Source of the DNA: an uncultured Planctomycetia bacterium
Lineage (GTDB): Bacteria; Omnitrophota; Gorgyraeia; 1-14-0-20-64-10
Assembly (NCBI GenBank): GCA_964597545.1
Contig: CAZQXN010000002.1
Span: 88,234-152,233 of the forward strand
Direction: 5' to 3'
DNA: 64,000 bases
Shown: piece by piece, positions 34,688-45,500 of the stretch
Layout of the letters: each line of letters starts with the position of its first letter
Position numbering within the stretch: the stretch's first letter is position 1
Program-made: the position numbers and the translations under genes
The notes under the pieces: generated by a model
Told to the model about the DNA's origin: nothing
The model's input: the letters and a program-made list of their open reading frames with translations, nothing else
Databases searched by the model: none

Positions 34688-36475
34688 ATGGTTGCTCATC
34701 CCAAACCCATACATCCCCGAGTGGGTTGTAGCCGAGCGGCTGCCGGGCTTGCGCTTCTTCTTGCCGGAGCATCCCTTGCTCTGGCAGCCCCCGAAGAGCC
34801 CCCCGCCACCTTCTGGGAGCGGCACGGCAAGGTTGAGGAAGAAAAACCCGCTTCCACCACCGCCACCGATTACCGCCCCCAGGGCCCGATTGAGCAGATC
34901 CCCTTAACCTTAGCCACCTTACGCATCCCCACCCAGCACGGCTCCTTAAAGCGTGACCATTCCGCACGGGAGCCGATCATCGTTCACATCCAGGATGCCC
35001 ATGCCAACTATGAAGCCCAGAAGCACCTGGCCGCGATCTTAGAGCACCTGATCCTCTCGCATGGCCTCTCCCTGGTTTTGGTGGAGGGGGGTTCCCGCAA
35101 CGACTCTCTTTCCTACATGCGCACCTATGCGCCTTTGCAGAAGCGGCGCGAGGTGGCAGAGGAGTTCTTAAAGGCCGGCAAGATCTCCGGCGAAAATTAC
35201 CTGGATTTGACCAGCGACTACGATTTCACCGTCTACGGCATCGAGCGGCCTGAGCTTTACGACGAGAACATGGAGGCCTTCTTCAATGTGGAGCGGGTCC
35301 AGAAGAGCGCTTTGGCGGCCATCTCAGGGTTCCGAGAGGCGGTCGCCACCCTCAAGACCCAGCTTTACCCCCAAGCGGTGCTGGATCTGGAGGCCAAGGA
35401 GCAGGAGGTCAAGGACGGCCTCATCCCCCTGGCCCACCATTACGAACAGCTTTCCAATGAGGCCAAAGGGGCAGGGGTGAAGGTGGATGAGGAGGAGCTT
35501 CCCAACTTCATGCGCTTCTTGAATGCCAGCCGCCTGGAGCGGGAGATGGACTTCAAGGCCGTGGAGGCGGAGCGGACCAAATTCCTGGAATCGCTCACCC
35601 GAACCTTACCCAAAGCAGAGATGGATTCCCTCCTGGATCAGAGCCTGGAGCTCAAGCGCGGCCTCATCACCCCCGCCTCGTTCTACGGGCACTTAAAGAG
35701 CTATTTCAAGCCCGAGGCGGAGGGGGACTACCCGGTCTTGACCCGCTACATCCGGTACCTGGAGCTTTTCGATGGGATCGACCACGCCGCCCTCTTCACC
35801 GAGGTTGAAACCCTGAGTGACAAGATCAAGATGAGCTACCTGAACAACCGTTCCCAGAAAAAGCTTTTCCAGGTGGCCAAGGATGTGGGGGTATTGGGAG
35901 ACCTGCTGGACCTGAAGCTGACCCCGGATGCCTATGAGTATTACCGCACCCACAAGCGGGAATTCAGGCCCGATCGCTGGGCCGACACCCTTCGGGGCCT
36001 GGGCAGGCGGCAGAAGCCCAAGCTCACCTTTGCCTTGACCCCGGGTCCCTTGAATGCCGCCATGCCGGCGATGTCGAGCTTCTACGAGGTGGCCCGCAAA
36101 AGGGACGAGGCGATGGTCGCCAACGCCTTAAAGCAGATCGAGGCCTTTGAGGTGCCCTTTGCCGTGCTGATCGCCGGAGGTTTCCACACCCCGGCCTTTG
36201 AGCGCCTCTTCAGAAAGAGCAAGGTTTCCTACGCGGTGGTGGCTCCCAAGGTGGGCAAGGTGACCGCCGCCGACACCGAGAAGTACCACCGGGTCTTAAA
36301 GGAGACCTATGTTCCGATGTCAGAGAAGTACCGCAAGAAGATGGGAGTTGCCCCTGTCGCCGCACCCCTGCGCGCTGCGCGTGAGACAGAGCCGATTTCC
36401 GGCGCAGGCGCAGTGACCTCAAGGCCGCCCACATCCTCGGAGGGCGTGGCAGTCGCCTTCGCCCCAGAGGAGTAA
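34688..36475 (+). CDS. Secreted HIQDAH-domain protein, EreA/ChaN/TIKI-like; candidate peptidase
   Basis: Signal peptide ending ALA; IIVHIQDAH, LVLVEG, VYGIE, RDEAM...AVLIAGGFH motifs. Confidence 0.65.
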   Translation: MVAHPKPIHPRVGCSRAAAGLALLLAGASLALAAPEEPPATFWERHGKVEEEKPASTTATDYRPQGPIEQIPLTLATLRIPTQHGSLKRDHSAREPIIVHIQDAHANYEAQKHLAAILEHLILSHGLSLVLVEGGSRNDSLSYMRTYAPLQKRREVAEEFLKAGKISGENYLDLTSDYDFTVYGIERPELYDENMEAFFNVERVQKSALAAISGFREAVATLKTQLYPQAVLDLEAKEQEVKDGLIPLAHHYEQLSNEAKGAGVKVDEEELPNFMRFLNASRLEREMDFKAVEAERTKFLESLTRTLPKAEMDSLLDQSLELKRGLITPASFYGHLKSYFKPEAEGDYPVLTRYIRYLELFDGIDHAALFTEVETLSDKIKMSYLNNRSQKKLFQVAKDVGVLGDLLDLKLTPDAYEYYRTHKREFRPDRWADTLRGLGRRQKPKLTFALTPGPLNAAMPAMSSFYEVARKRDEAMVANALKQIEAFEVPFAVLIAGGFHTPAFERLFRKSKVSYAVVAPKVGKVTAADTEKYHRVLKETYVPMSEKYRKKMGVAPVAAPLRAARETEPISGAGAVTSRPPTSSEGVAVAFAPEE

Positions 36476-36504
36476 CCGAGTCGACAACCCGGGAGGTTGA
36501 ATTC

Positions 36505-39500
36505 GTGAAACGACAACAGAGTGGTTGTGCGCGCCGATTGATTTCCGCACTTACAATCCTTTCCTTTATCTTTACACAAGCTGTTCCGGCGTGGGCACTG
36601 CGGCCGACGCAAGAGGAGGCCTCGCCACGCGCCTCTGCGCTGCGGGAGTCCCAGGAAGACAAGACCCTTCTTCAACTGCGCCAGGCCTTGTTTCAAGTAG
36701 GACGCTTTTTCCGACCGGCTTCAGCCTCCCCCGCGACAGGATTGGAGGAGACTCTAAGGGTCGCAGCCTCCATTCATCCACCCATTACCCTGCGAATCGG
36801 TGCGGATAGAATCTCCACCCTTCATGCCGGCCGCCACACCCGTGTTGAGCGTGGAGATTGCGGTTGTTTTGTCCGGGTGGGAAAGCCGCAGAGCCAGGGG
36901 GGGCTTGATCCCAATGAACTGGTTTTGACCGCGGCTCGGGCTTTGGAGCCCCGCGGCTATCAATCGGCCAGCGCCGGGGTCATTACGCTTGGAGATGATC
37001 CCAGCTTCGACGTTCGCAAGGTACTCGGAGGTGCGGATGAGTTGGAGCCGATCCTTAGCGGACATCCCCTGCCGGATGGCGGCGTGCAATTGGTCCACCT
37101 TCGGTGGCCGACAGAGGGAAAGCCTTCAGAGGATAACCAGCATCCCACCATCATTCGGCCGGATCAGACCAACCCGGCCGAGGTCGAGTTCATCTTTAAT
37201 GGGGACATCACGAACTTTCGGGAGATCGATGATTTTCTGGCGGAGCACGGTATTCACCGGCCCAGCGGCGTGGAGACCGATGCCTGGTCGGCAGCGGCGC
37301 TGATCTGGTACTACTTCCAGCTGCCCTCTGAAGAGCAGATTTCGGGCAGGGCCAAGGCAATCTACATGAGGGATCGGATCGAGGGCAGGGATAAAGAGAA
37401 TTGGGAACAGGCCGCAGAAGAGCTTAAGGCCGAAGGAGTTCACATGCCTTTGCTGGAGGCGGTTCATCTGGCCTATGGTCGCCTGGAAGGGGACTTCGCC
37501 CTGATCGCAGTTTCCGAGAAGGAGCCGGGCAAGGCCATCGGCGCTCTCAAGGGACAGAAGCCCCTTGTGGCGGGGCGGGGTCAAGATGCCGAAACCGGAA
37601 ACTTCCTTGCCTCAGAGGCCTCCACCTTCATTGATTATACCGACCAGAATCAAACCCTTCAGTCGGGAGACATCGTGGTGCTCACGCAGGATGAGGTGAC
37701 CTTTTATCGCCGGAGGGAGGAGGGTCACCCGGGCAGGTTGGCCTTGGAGGTGATCCCCCCCGAGGAGCGCCCCATTCAACCGCTTGATATTGAAGAGGTG
37801 AAGGTGAGCAAGGTGTTCCGGGGCAGGGAATTCTCAACCTTTACCGAGAAGGAGGTTGCTGAGGGAGGGGAAGCCATACGCAGAACCATAGAGCATCAGG
37901 GTCGACTCCCTGTCCTGCGGGACCGGATTGAGGGCCGCGCAGAGCCGATGCCCGGATTGAATCTTACGGATGAAGACTGGCGAAAGGCCCGCGGACTTCT
38001 TCTGGTTGCCATGGGAACGGCCAACTATGCTGCGGAAGCGGCTGCCCCTCACCTGTTCGGCGATCTGGCTCTGGGGGGGGATTCTCCGGAGCCTTTTTCC
38101 GTGCGCGTTGAAACCGGCACCACTCTCTTCGATGTCTTAAGGGCTCAGATTCTCACGCTTGTCCGCCGGTCCGATCCAAACGTGAGGCAGCCAACCGACT
38201 TAGACGGCTGGGTGGCACTGATTAAGCAGCACCAAGGCGGTGCGCTCAAGCCCCTGTTTGCTCAATACCAAGGATTCATCGGAATTGCCGTCAGCCAGTC
38301 CGGCAACACCATGGATACCAACCAGATTGTGATCTTGCTTCAGGCGCTCGGGGTTCGCTTCATTGGGGTGGTGAACAAGCCGATCGATACACCCCTGCCC
38401 CGGTTGACCAAGGAGGATGGAGGGCTCTTTAGAACCAAGGCCGGGGCAGAGATGGGTGTGGCCTCGACAAAGGCCTTTGTCGCGCAAGTGATTGCGCTCA
38501 GACTCATCTCTGTCTATGCGGGTCTGGTCCGGGAGACCCTCCCCCCGGATGAGGCCGCCATGCAATTGGGGGCAATCCACAACCTGCCCGGCATTGTTGA
38601 GAAGTGGCTTGCAGACCCGAGCAAGCAGGAAGCGATCCGGAGGATTGCCCGCTTGCTCGCCAATCAGCAGACCTTGATGTTTCTTTCCCGCGGAGTGCAG
38701 GTTCCCGTCTCCAAGGAGGGGGCGCTGAAGCTGCTTGAGCTGGCTTATCTGTTTACCGTGGGGATGGATGCCGCCTTGATGAAACACGGTTTTATCGCCT
38801 ATTTCCCTGAGTCCCGGGACCCAGCTTTCACTAAGTTTGCTGTGGCGATTTTGACGGACCGGGTCAGCTTAAAGGAAACCTTGACCAATCTGAGTGAGGC
38901 TCGGAGCCGTTATGGACATGTGGTGGGCATCGCCTTTGAGAGCGACCGCGCAGAAGTGCTTCCTCACGTCGATGATCTCATCACCATCCCCGATGTTCCC
39001 GATGAGTTGGCCGCCATCGTAGGCGTTTTGCCTCTTCAAGCTTTGGCTGTTGAAACCACCAAGCGGATCAACAGAACCGGGGAGAATCTTGCTGCTTGGG
39101 CGGAGATGCTCTATTGGAAGCTCCGACAGTTGGAAACCGGAGTCAGCGGGGTTACTCAGCAGGAGCTTTTCAAGACCGCAAAGAGTGTTTTAGAACATTA
39201 CAGCCGGTTTACAGATGACGGACGCCTCGAGCTGCTGCCCACCGCCAAGACGCGTCAGGTTTACTACCTGATCAAGGCCGCGGTTGAGGCGGGAGAGCAG
39301 GGAGAGTATTCACAGATGGAGGCGGGTGTCCGGGATGCAATCCGCGCCCTTCGAGGACAGAGCCTCTCTCTGATCATGTTTTTTGATCATGAACTGGCCC
39401 GTCTTGCAGCCCCTGATCAGGATGAGTCGGATGCCATTCTGACGGCGCAAGAGCGGGCACAGGTGGTCCGTATCATGGGAGATGTTTCCTTCGAGGAGGG

Positions 39501-42500
39501 GAATACCCCCTCCGAAGTGCTCAAGAAGCTTTCGGCAGATCTGGCTGTCTTCTACAGCCAGGCGGTCAGCCGGGGTAGCACCATGAAGGGGCGGTGGAGG
39601 GATTGGCGGTTTAACAAGGGGCTGGGTACATTCCTTGGACGGGATCTGGATAAGCCCCGAGGGCTGGCCAAGGAGGTGACCGTGGATCTGCTTGAAGCGG
39701 ATCTGCGGAGCCAATTGGCCAACCTGGGGGTTCCGGAGGATCAGCTGGATACCACATTCCTCGGTCTTCAGGAGTTGCTGCCGGGGGGACAGATTCATGA
39801 GCAGCCCGGGGTACTGAAGGTTGTTGCTCGGCTTTCAGGTGTCCCTGAGGGAACGCTGCGCCGCCGAGCCATGATGCATGAACAGGCCCACCAGATATTG
39901 CGCCGGGCCGCCCCATCGCAGGATCTGCTTTGGGCCGTGCATCAGGCGGTTGAGGCGGCCGATCTCAGGCGCGTCGAGGAAGATCCCCGCTCCTTCGTCC
40001 CTTTTCAAGCCGCCTTCGAAAAAAGGTTTCGCGGCGGCCACTTTCCCACACGGCAGAAGTTTCTTGAGGAGCTGGTGGCCAAGTACGCCCTTGCCCGACT
40101 GACCGGCACTGCAGAAACGCGCTATGCGCAGGTCGCCCCGGAGATGGAGCAGCTCTTCAACGGCACGAATCTTGATTGGCTGCCTGATGTGAAGGAGGCA
40201 TTGGCGGCTGATCTGGGCATTCCTGCGGAGCGGATGGATCAAGCGGGCATGATGCCCGGGACCTTTGGCCAGCTTTTTGATCCCAGCTTCCGCCCAGAGT
40301 GGGACCAGCGGGCTTCCACTGCCACCCCGGAGGTGATCAAGGCCAGGCAGATGAGCCGGCTGGGGCGAGCACTCGGTTTACAACCGGGGTTGGGGTGGGA
40401 CGCCAGAGAGATGCGGCTCCAGAGATCATTGGCCCGTTACGACCGCGCCCTGCGGACAGCGGCTCCGATTCCAAAGGTCGACCCCGCTGTTCAGGCGGGC
40501 CAGGAGGAGGGGGGGCTCGTTGTTTTCGAGGTGGGCGAGGTCGCCCTGGACAACGAGGTTCGCTACACCCCAGCGAAGCGTTACGCAGATCGACAGTACA
40601 GGCTGGACCGCGCTTTGATGGATATGGTCCGTCCTTGGTTGGAGGCGATTGGGGCGGAGATCAGCGTCAAGTATGGCGATTCTTTGGCCAGGAGCTGGAG
40701 ACACCCGCAGCCTTCCGGCTCTGATCAGAGGCGCTTCTTTAGACTGGAACGGGGAGATGCAGTTGCAACCATCGCTCCGGCCTATCGAGGCCCAATGGCA
40801 GCAACGGCTCATCGGATCTTGCTGGTTGCTGTCAAGGATTCCCCTCAGGAGCCAACGCGCTACTGGCTGCTGCCTTCGGACAGCCGCCTCCAGAACAGAT
40901 TGCAGCGGCTCGCAGGGCATTTCCTGAAGGGCGAGCCCATTCCGGGGCCCCTGCTGTCCGGCTTCCTCTCCCCAGAGCTTCGGTTCGCAACCGATGTTCT
41001 TGATGCCGCAGCGGAGCGTTTCATCCAGCTTCAGTGGGAGCATTCCGAGGAGGTGAGACTCACCTTTGGCGATGCGATCCCCGGGCCCCAAGCGAATCAG
41101 ACCACCCTTTTCATCATAGGACCGCGCCATTCGCACGGCATGCTTGATGCCTTGACGACACCATTGAATCCGGACCATGCGGATCTGAATATCTCAGCGT
41201 CTCGTTCGATCGATAACGTTGCCGCCTTTCCCTTTGATTTCTGCTACGTTGTTGTCGACGCACCCCCGGAGCAGTTGCGGCAGCCGCGCGACACCTTAGA
41301 CGGACAGAGCGTTCTGGGTGCGATTCGAGAACGGGTTGATACCTTGAACCGCTTACGAACCCCTCAAGCACTTCCTGTAAAGCCCGCCACTTCATCTCCG
41401 CCAGCCGTGACTGCCGGCGGCCTGGAGGAGCTGGTTGTAGGGCGGGACTATGCGGATGCTCGGCACGTTGCGGGAATCCAATTTTTGCAGGCTGTCCAGC
41501 TCAGCGGCCGCACGCGGCTTGGCAGCGGGATCTATCTGGATCCCACCCATGGAGGGCAATTTCCGGATGCGGTGATCACGATCGGCGAAGGAACGGTTCT
41601 CTTTGATAATGCCAAGCTCTACGGCCCCATGGTCATTGGCAGAAGTGCCGAGGTCGGCGGGATTCTGGCGGGGACCGCCGAGAGTCCCCTGATTGTCGGC
41701 GCGGGAGCCACGATTCACCGATCGAACGCCGACGTTAAACGAAGTGTTATCGGGCCGGAGGCCGTGGTGGATGGAGCCGACATCGCCGATTCGACTGTGG
41801 TGCCGTTTCTGCGGGGAGTTCGGATTATTGCTCCGGCCGCGGCGGACACCGGCGCTGTTCTGGAGGGAGGCGCAGTTGCCTTCGGAGGGACTGTCGGGAC
41901 CCACGTCAAGCTACGGCGCCATTCGGTGGTAGGCCCCTTTGCCGCATTGGGCAATGCATCAGAGCACAAAGGGGTGGTTTTCATCGGGGCGACCCCGGAT
42001 GCCAATATTGAATTCCCCCATGCCGGTTTTACCGCATCGCTCATGGCGACCGCATTTCTCCCTGAAGGAGATCCGGGTTCCAAGGCGTATTACGACTCTT
42101 ACCGGCAGACCCTTCGGGCGGTGATGTTTGGCGAGTTGGTTGATGCGCGAAAAGCCGACCTCCCATCCCGCTCACCGGTGTCTGGCTCGGGTGCCGCGTG
42201 GCAGTTGGTCTACGCGGTGGATGATTCGGACGTTTCCTTCATGGCGATCCGAGATAACTTCGGGGCTTTTACAGCCGTCAGTGACTACAATTCGTTCACC
42301 GGAGAGAAATCCGGCTCCACCGCCGAAGGGGGAACGGCAACCGGAGTCCACTCGGCTCTGAAGGCCCCAGTTGCGCTGCGCCACCTGATTGCCGTTGGCA
42401 ATCTAAGCCAGGCCACAGGGGATGTGGCCGCCGGGACGCTGACTGCGGGGACGGATCAATTCACCCTTCCGGAATACCGCAGCCTCGAGAGGCCCTTTGC

Positions 42501-45500
42501 CCTCGGCAGTCACTTTGACCAGGATGTGGCTGTTCAGATGGATTACTTCAGGCGGCTTCAAGTGATGGCCGAGGTATTCCTGGAGGGCGCTCAGCGGGCG
42601 CAGGATCCATTTACCTTGGCCGGTTTTACGGCCTCCCTTGAGGCGGTTCGAGGCCAATACCAGGAGCTGGGTCCGCGGTTTCGCAAGGCGCTGGAAGGGG
42701 GCCTGGACCGCACCATTGAAGCGGTTACCGCCAGGATTCAATCTGTCTCCTCTGACGAAGGGGAACGCCTCGGTGAGCGGCTGGATCGCTTCAAGCAGGT
42801 TGTTGAGGGCAGGCCTCAAGTCATTTCCGAGCTAGAGACCATCGGTGAGGCCATCGGCAGCGCTGCCGACGCTGTTGCGCCCGCCACCCAAGCGTCCATT
42901 GCCCAGGCGGTTGTCCAGCAGACCATTAATCCCGGCTCTGTCTGGGTCAATCCGCTGGCTGCCTCCGGTCTGGAGGAGGAGCCGCTGGATAAGGTGATTG
43001 AGCATCTGCTCGCCGTCCCGGCCGGACTCTCCATCCAGAACCCTCAGGCTTATTGGCTTGAGCAGATGGCGGCGGCTCAGGTGAGCGACCTTGATTCGCT
43101 GGAGGTTTTTTTGTCGGATAGGGCAGTTCCGAATGATGCCCTGGATTTCCAACAGCGGCAGCGTTTGCTGGATCTTCTGGACAACTACGACGCCCTCCAC
43201 CAGGTTTTCCGGGTGAACATGGAGATGAGCCGCCTAGAGACGGTCAATCTGATCCTGGCCCAGGCGCAAGCCAACGATTCAACGTTCGCGCAGGAGGTCC
43301 GGGGCGTTCTGGATGTTCCGGATTCCGCGCTGCCCACCGGCGGCGAGCTTGAGGAGATCATCCGTTTGGCCGAGGTGCTGATTGAAGCCGGCGGCAACAG
43401 CGCCCGGGCAGTCCGGGAGATGGCCCGGGCGGCCCAACGGGTTGCCATCAGCGAAACCCCGGTCCATGACGACGGCGGCAACTACGGCAAGTGGCGCTTC
43501 TTGCTGGAGGAGCTCTTTGGCCGGTTTCTGGTTTCATTGGGAGGGGACCTTGCCAACCACCGGACCGTGGAGCCGACACATTTGATTCGGCAGGTCATGG
43601 CCGACCGGCTCCCGCAGAAGGGAACGGAGGCCTGGACCGATGCCGATACCCCTCGATCCCTTCTGATCAAGGAGATCGCCACCGCCTTTGCTTCTTACCG
43701 GCTTCAGCACGGTGAGCCGGATTTTTCAGAGGAAGCGTTCCTGGTGCGGACGCTGGCCAGCTTGATCTCCGCGCACCGGATCTTAAGCAGCGCCTTCCCT
43801 GACATCCTGGAAACCAAAGTCCTCTCCAAGGCAAGCAGCCAGAATGTAGCCGGTGTGGCGGTCGCGCTGCGCTCCGGCTTCCTGGTTCCGCAGACGCAGA
43901 CGGTCAACCCCGAGCAGCTTGCCAGAGCCCTTCTTCTCTGGAACCGTCTGTTGGGGTTGTCCAAGCGGGACGGGATGGTGCTGCCGGCGACCCTGGACGG
44001 GGCACGGCTCTATTTTGTCTACTCGGATCGCCTCGCGGCGGAGGAAGCGTCTCCAGAGGGTGTTGTAGAGTCCATTCGGCTGGGAGATGCCGAGATCGAT
44101 CCAAACGATTACTTCGTCCTTGCGCTGCCCGGCAAGAGCCTGGTCTTGACCGATGGATTGGGCCGGCGGCTGCAGTACGAGGCGGGTGAGCGCGCCTATG
44201 TCGCTCGAGAAGACGGCGAAATAGTCAACCGCTTCGAGGCGTTTCCCGCCCAGATCAGCAAGGCGATCCACCAGCGGCTCAGAACGGTCGATGAGATCTC
44301 CCTGGTTCGCGGGGAGGACCACGCCAGCGAAGAAGACACCCTCTACAAAGATGCCCAGGTCATCGCCTGGGGGGCAGAGTTCCCCTACAGAGCTCTGCCT
44401 CAGGCAAGCCCTGTTTCGCAGCGGCTGTATCAGGCGATTCTGGACGGTGAAACGCAAATGGAGACCATCGTCTTTGGACCCGGCTCTGAGGGTACCTCCA
44501 TCGCACCCCTCTTCTGGCGTCGAGAAACAGTGGAGTTTCTCCGGCAGCTTGCTAAGCGCAGGAGGGATGGCAGGCGGGTACCCAGGGCGGTCTTCATCTT
44601 CAATCCAACCGAGACCAACGACTCCTTTGGCCTGGGGGTTGAAGGGCAGATCCGCAACCACGAGATGATCATGCGCGAGGTCCTCAAGGATGAGACAGTT
44701 CAGTTTGAGGAGCTCTTTCCGGAGATCCTGCTCTTTGACCACACCGATCCCTGGGTGACCGCACCGAACCCGGCGGTGGCCAAGGAGATGGAGCAGATCA
44801 CAGGCAAACCGGTTGCGCCTGAGGATGTGGATTATGCTCGGATTCTCGGCCCTTCAGCGGATGAGGAGGCGGCCGGAGTGATGCACGGCCGCGTCAAGAA
44901 AAACCGCCGGCCGCTCCCTGTTGACGATGCGCTCATCCAACGACTCAGAGATCGGTTCGAGGCGGCCGGAGGAAAAGTCCATCTGGCTCCCTTTGCCGAT
45001 GTTCGGGCAACGGTGGAGTCCAGCCGGGGCAAGATCTCCATTGAGGCACGCGTGCAGGCCATCACCCACCGAGCGGCTCCCATACTCTTTCCAAAGAGCA
45101 GGGACCTTCTGCTTCAGGCCGCTGTCCGGCAAGAGGGCCGGATCTACGAGCAGAAGCACGGAACGCTCCCAGCCCCGCAGCAGCTGGCAGAGTTCCTCAA
45201 CAAGTTCGGGTATGAGACAAATGCCGACGAGGTTGCTGCCATCGCCGCCGGCCAGGAGGAGGCGGATCTGCTTGTCAGTGAAGCCATCGCCTCGGGCCAG
45301 CTTGCCGCCCAAGATTTCTACGCCAAGCCCAGTTCCGCGGGGGGGACCACCTACGTGGTCCCGGTTCCGGCCCGGCAGGAACCAGCCCCCATGGAGCTGT
45401 GGTGGCAGGCCGGCCTTGAGGAGCCCAAGACAGTACCCCCTCACACACGGAAGATCCTCTACGCTGCCACCCTCGCCGCAGCCATAGCTCAGCGCAACGA

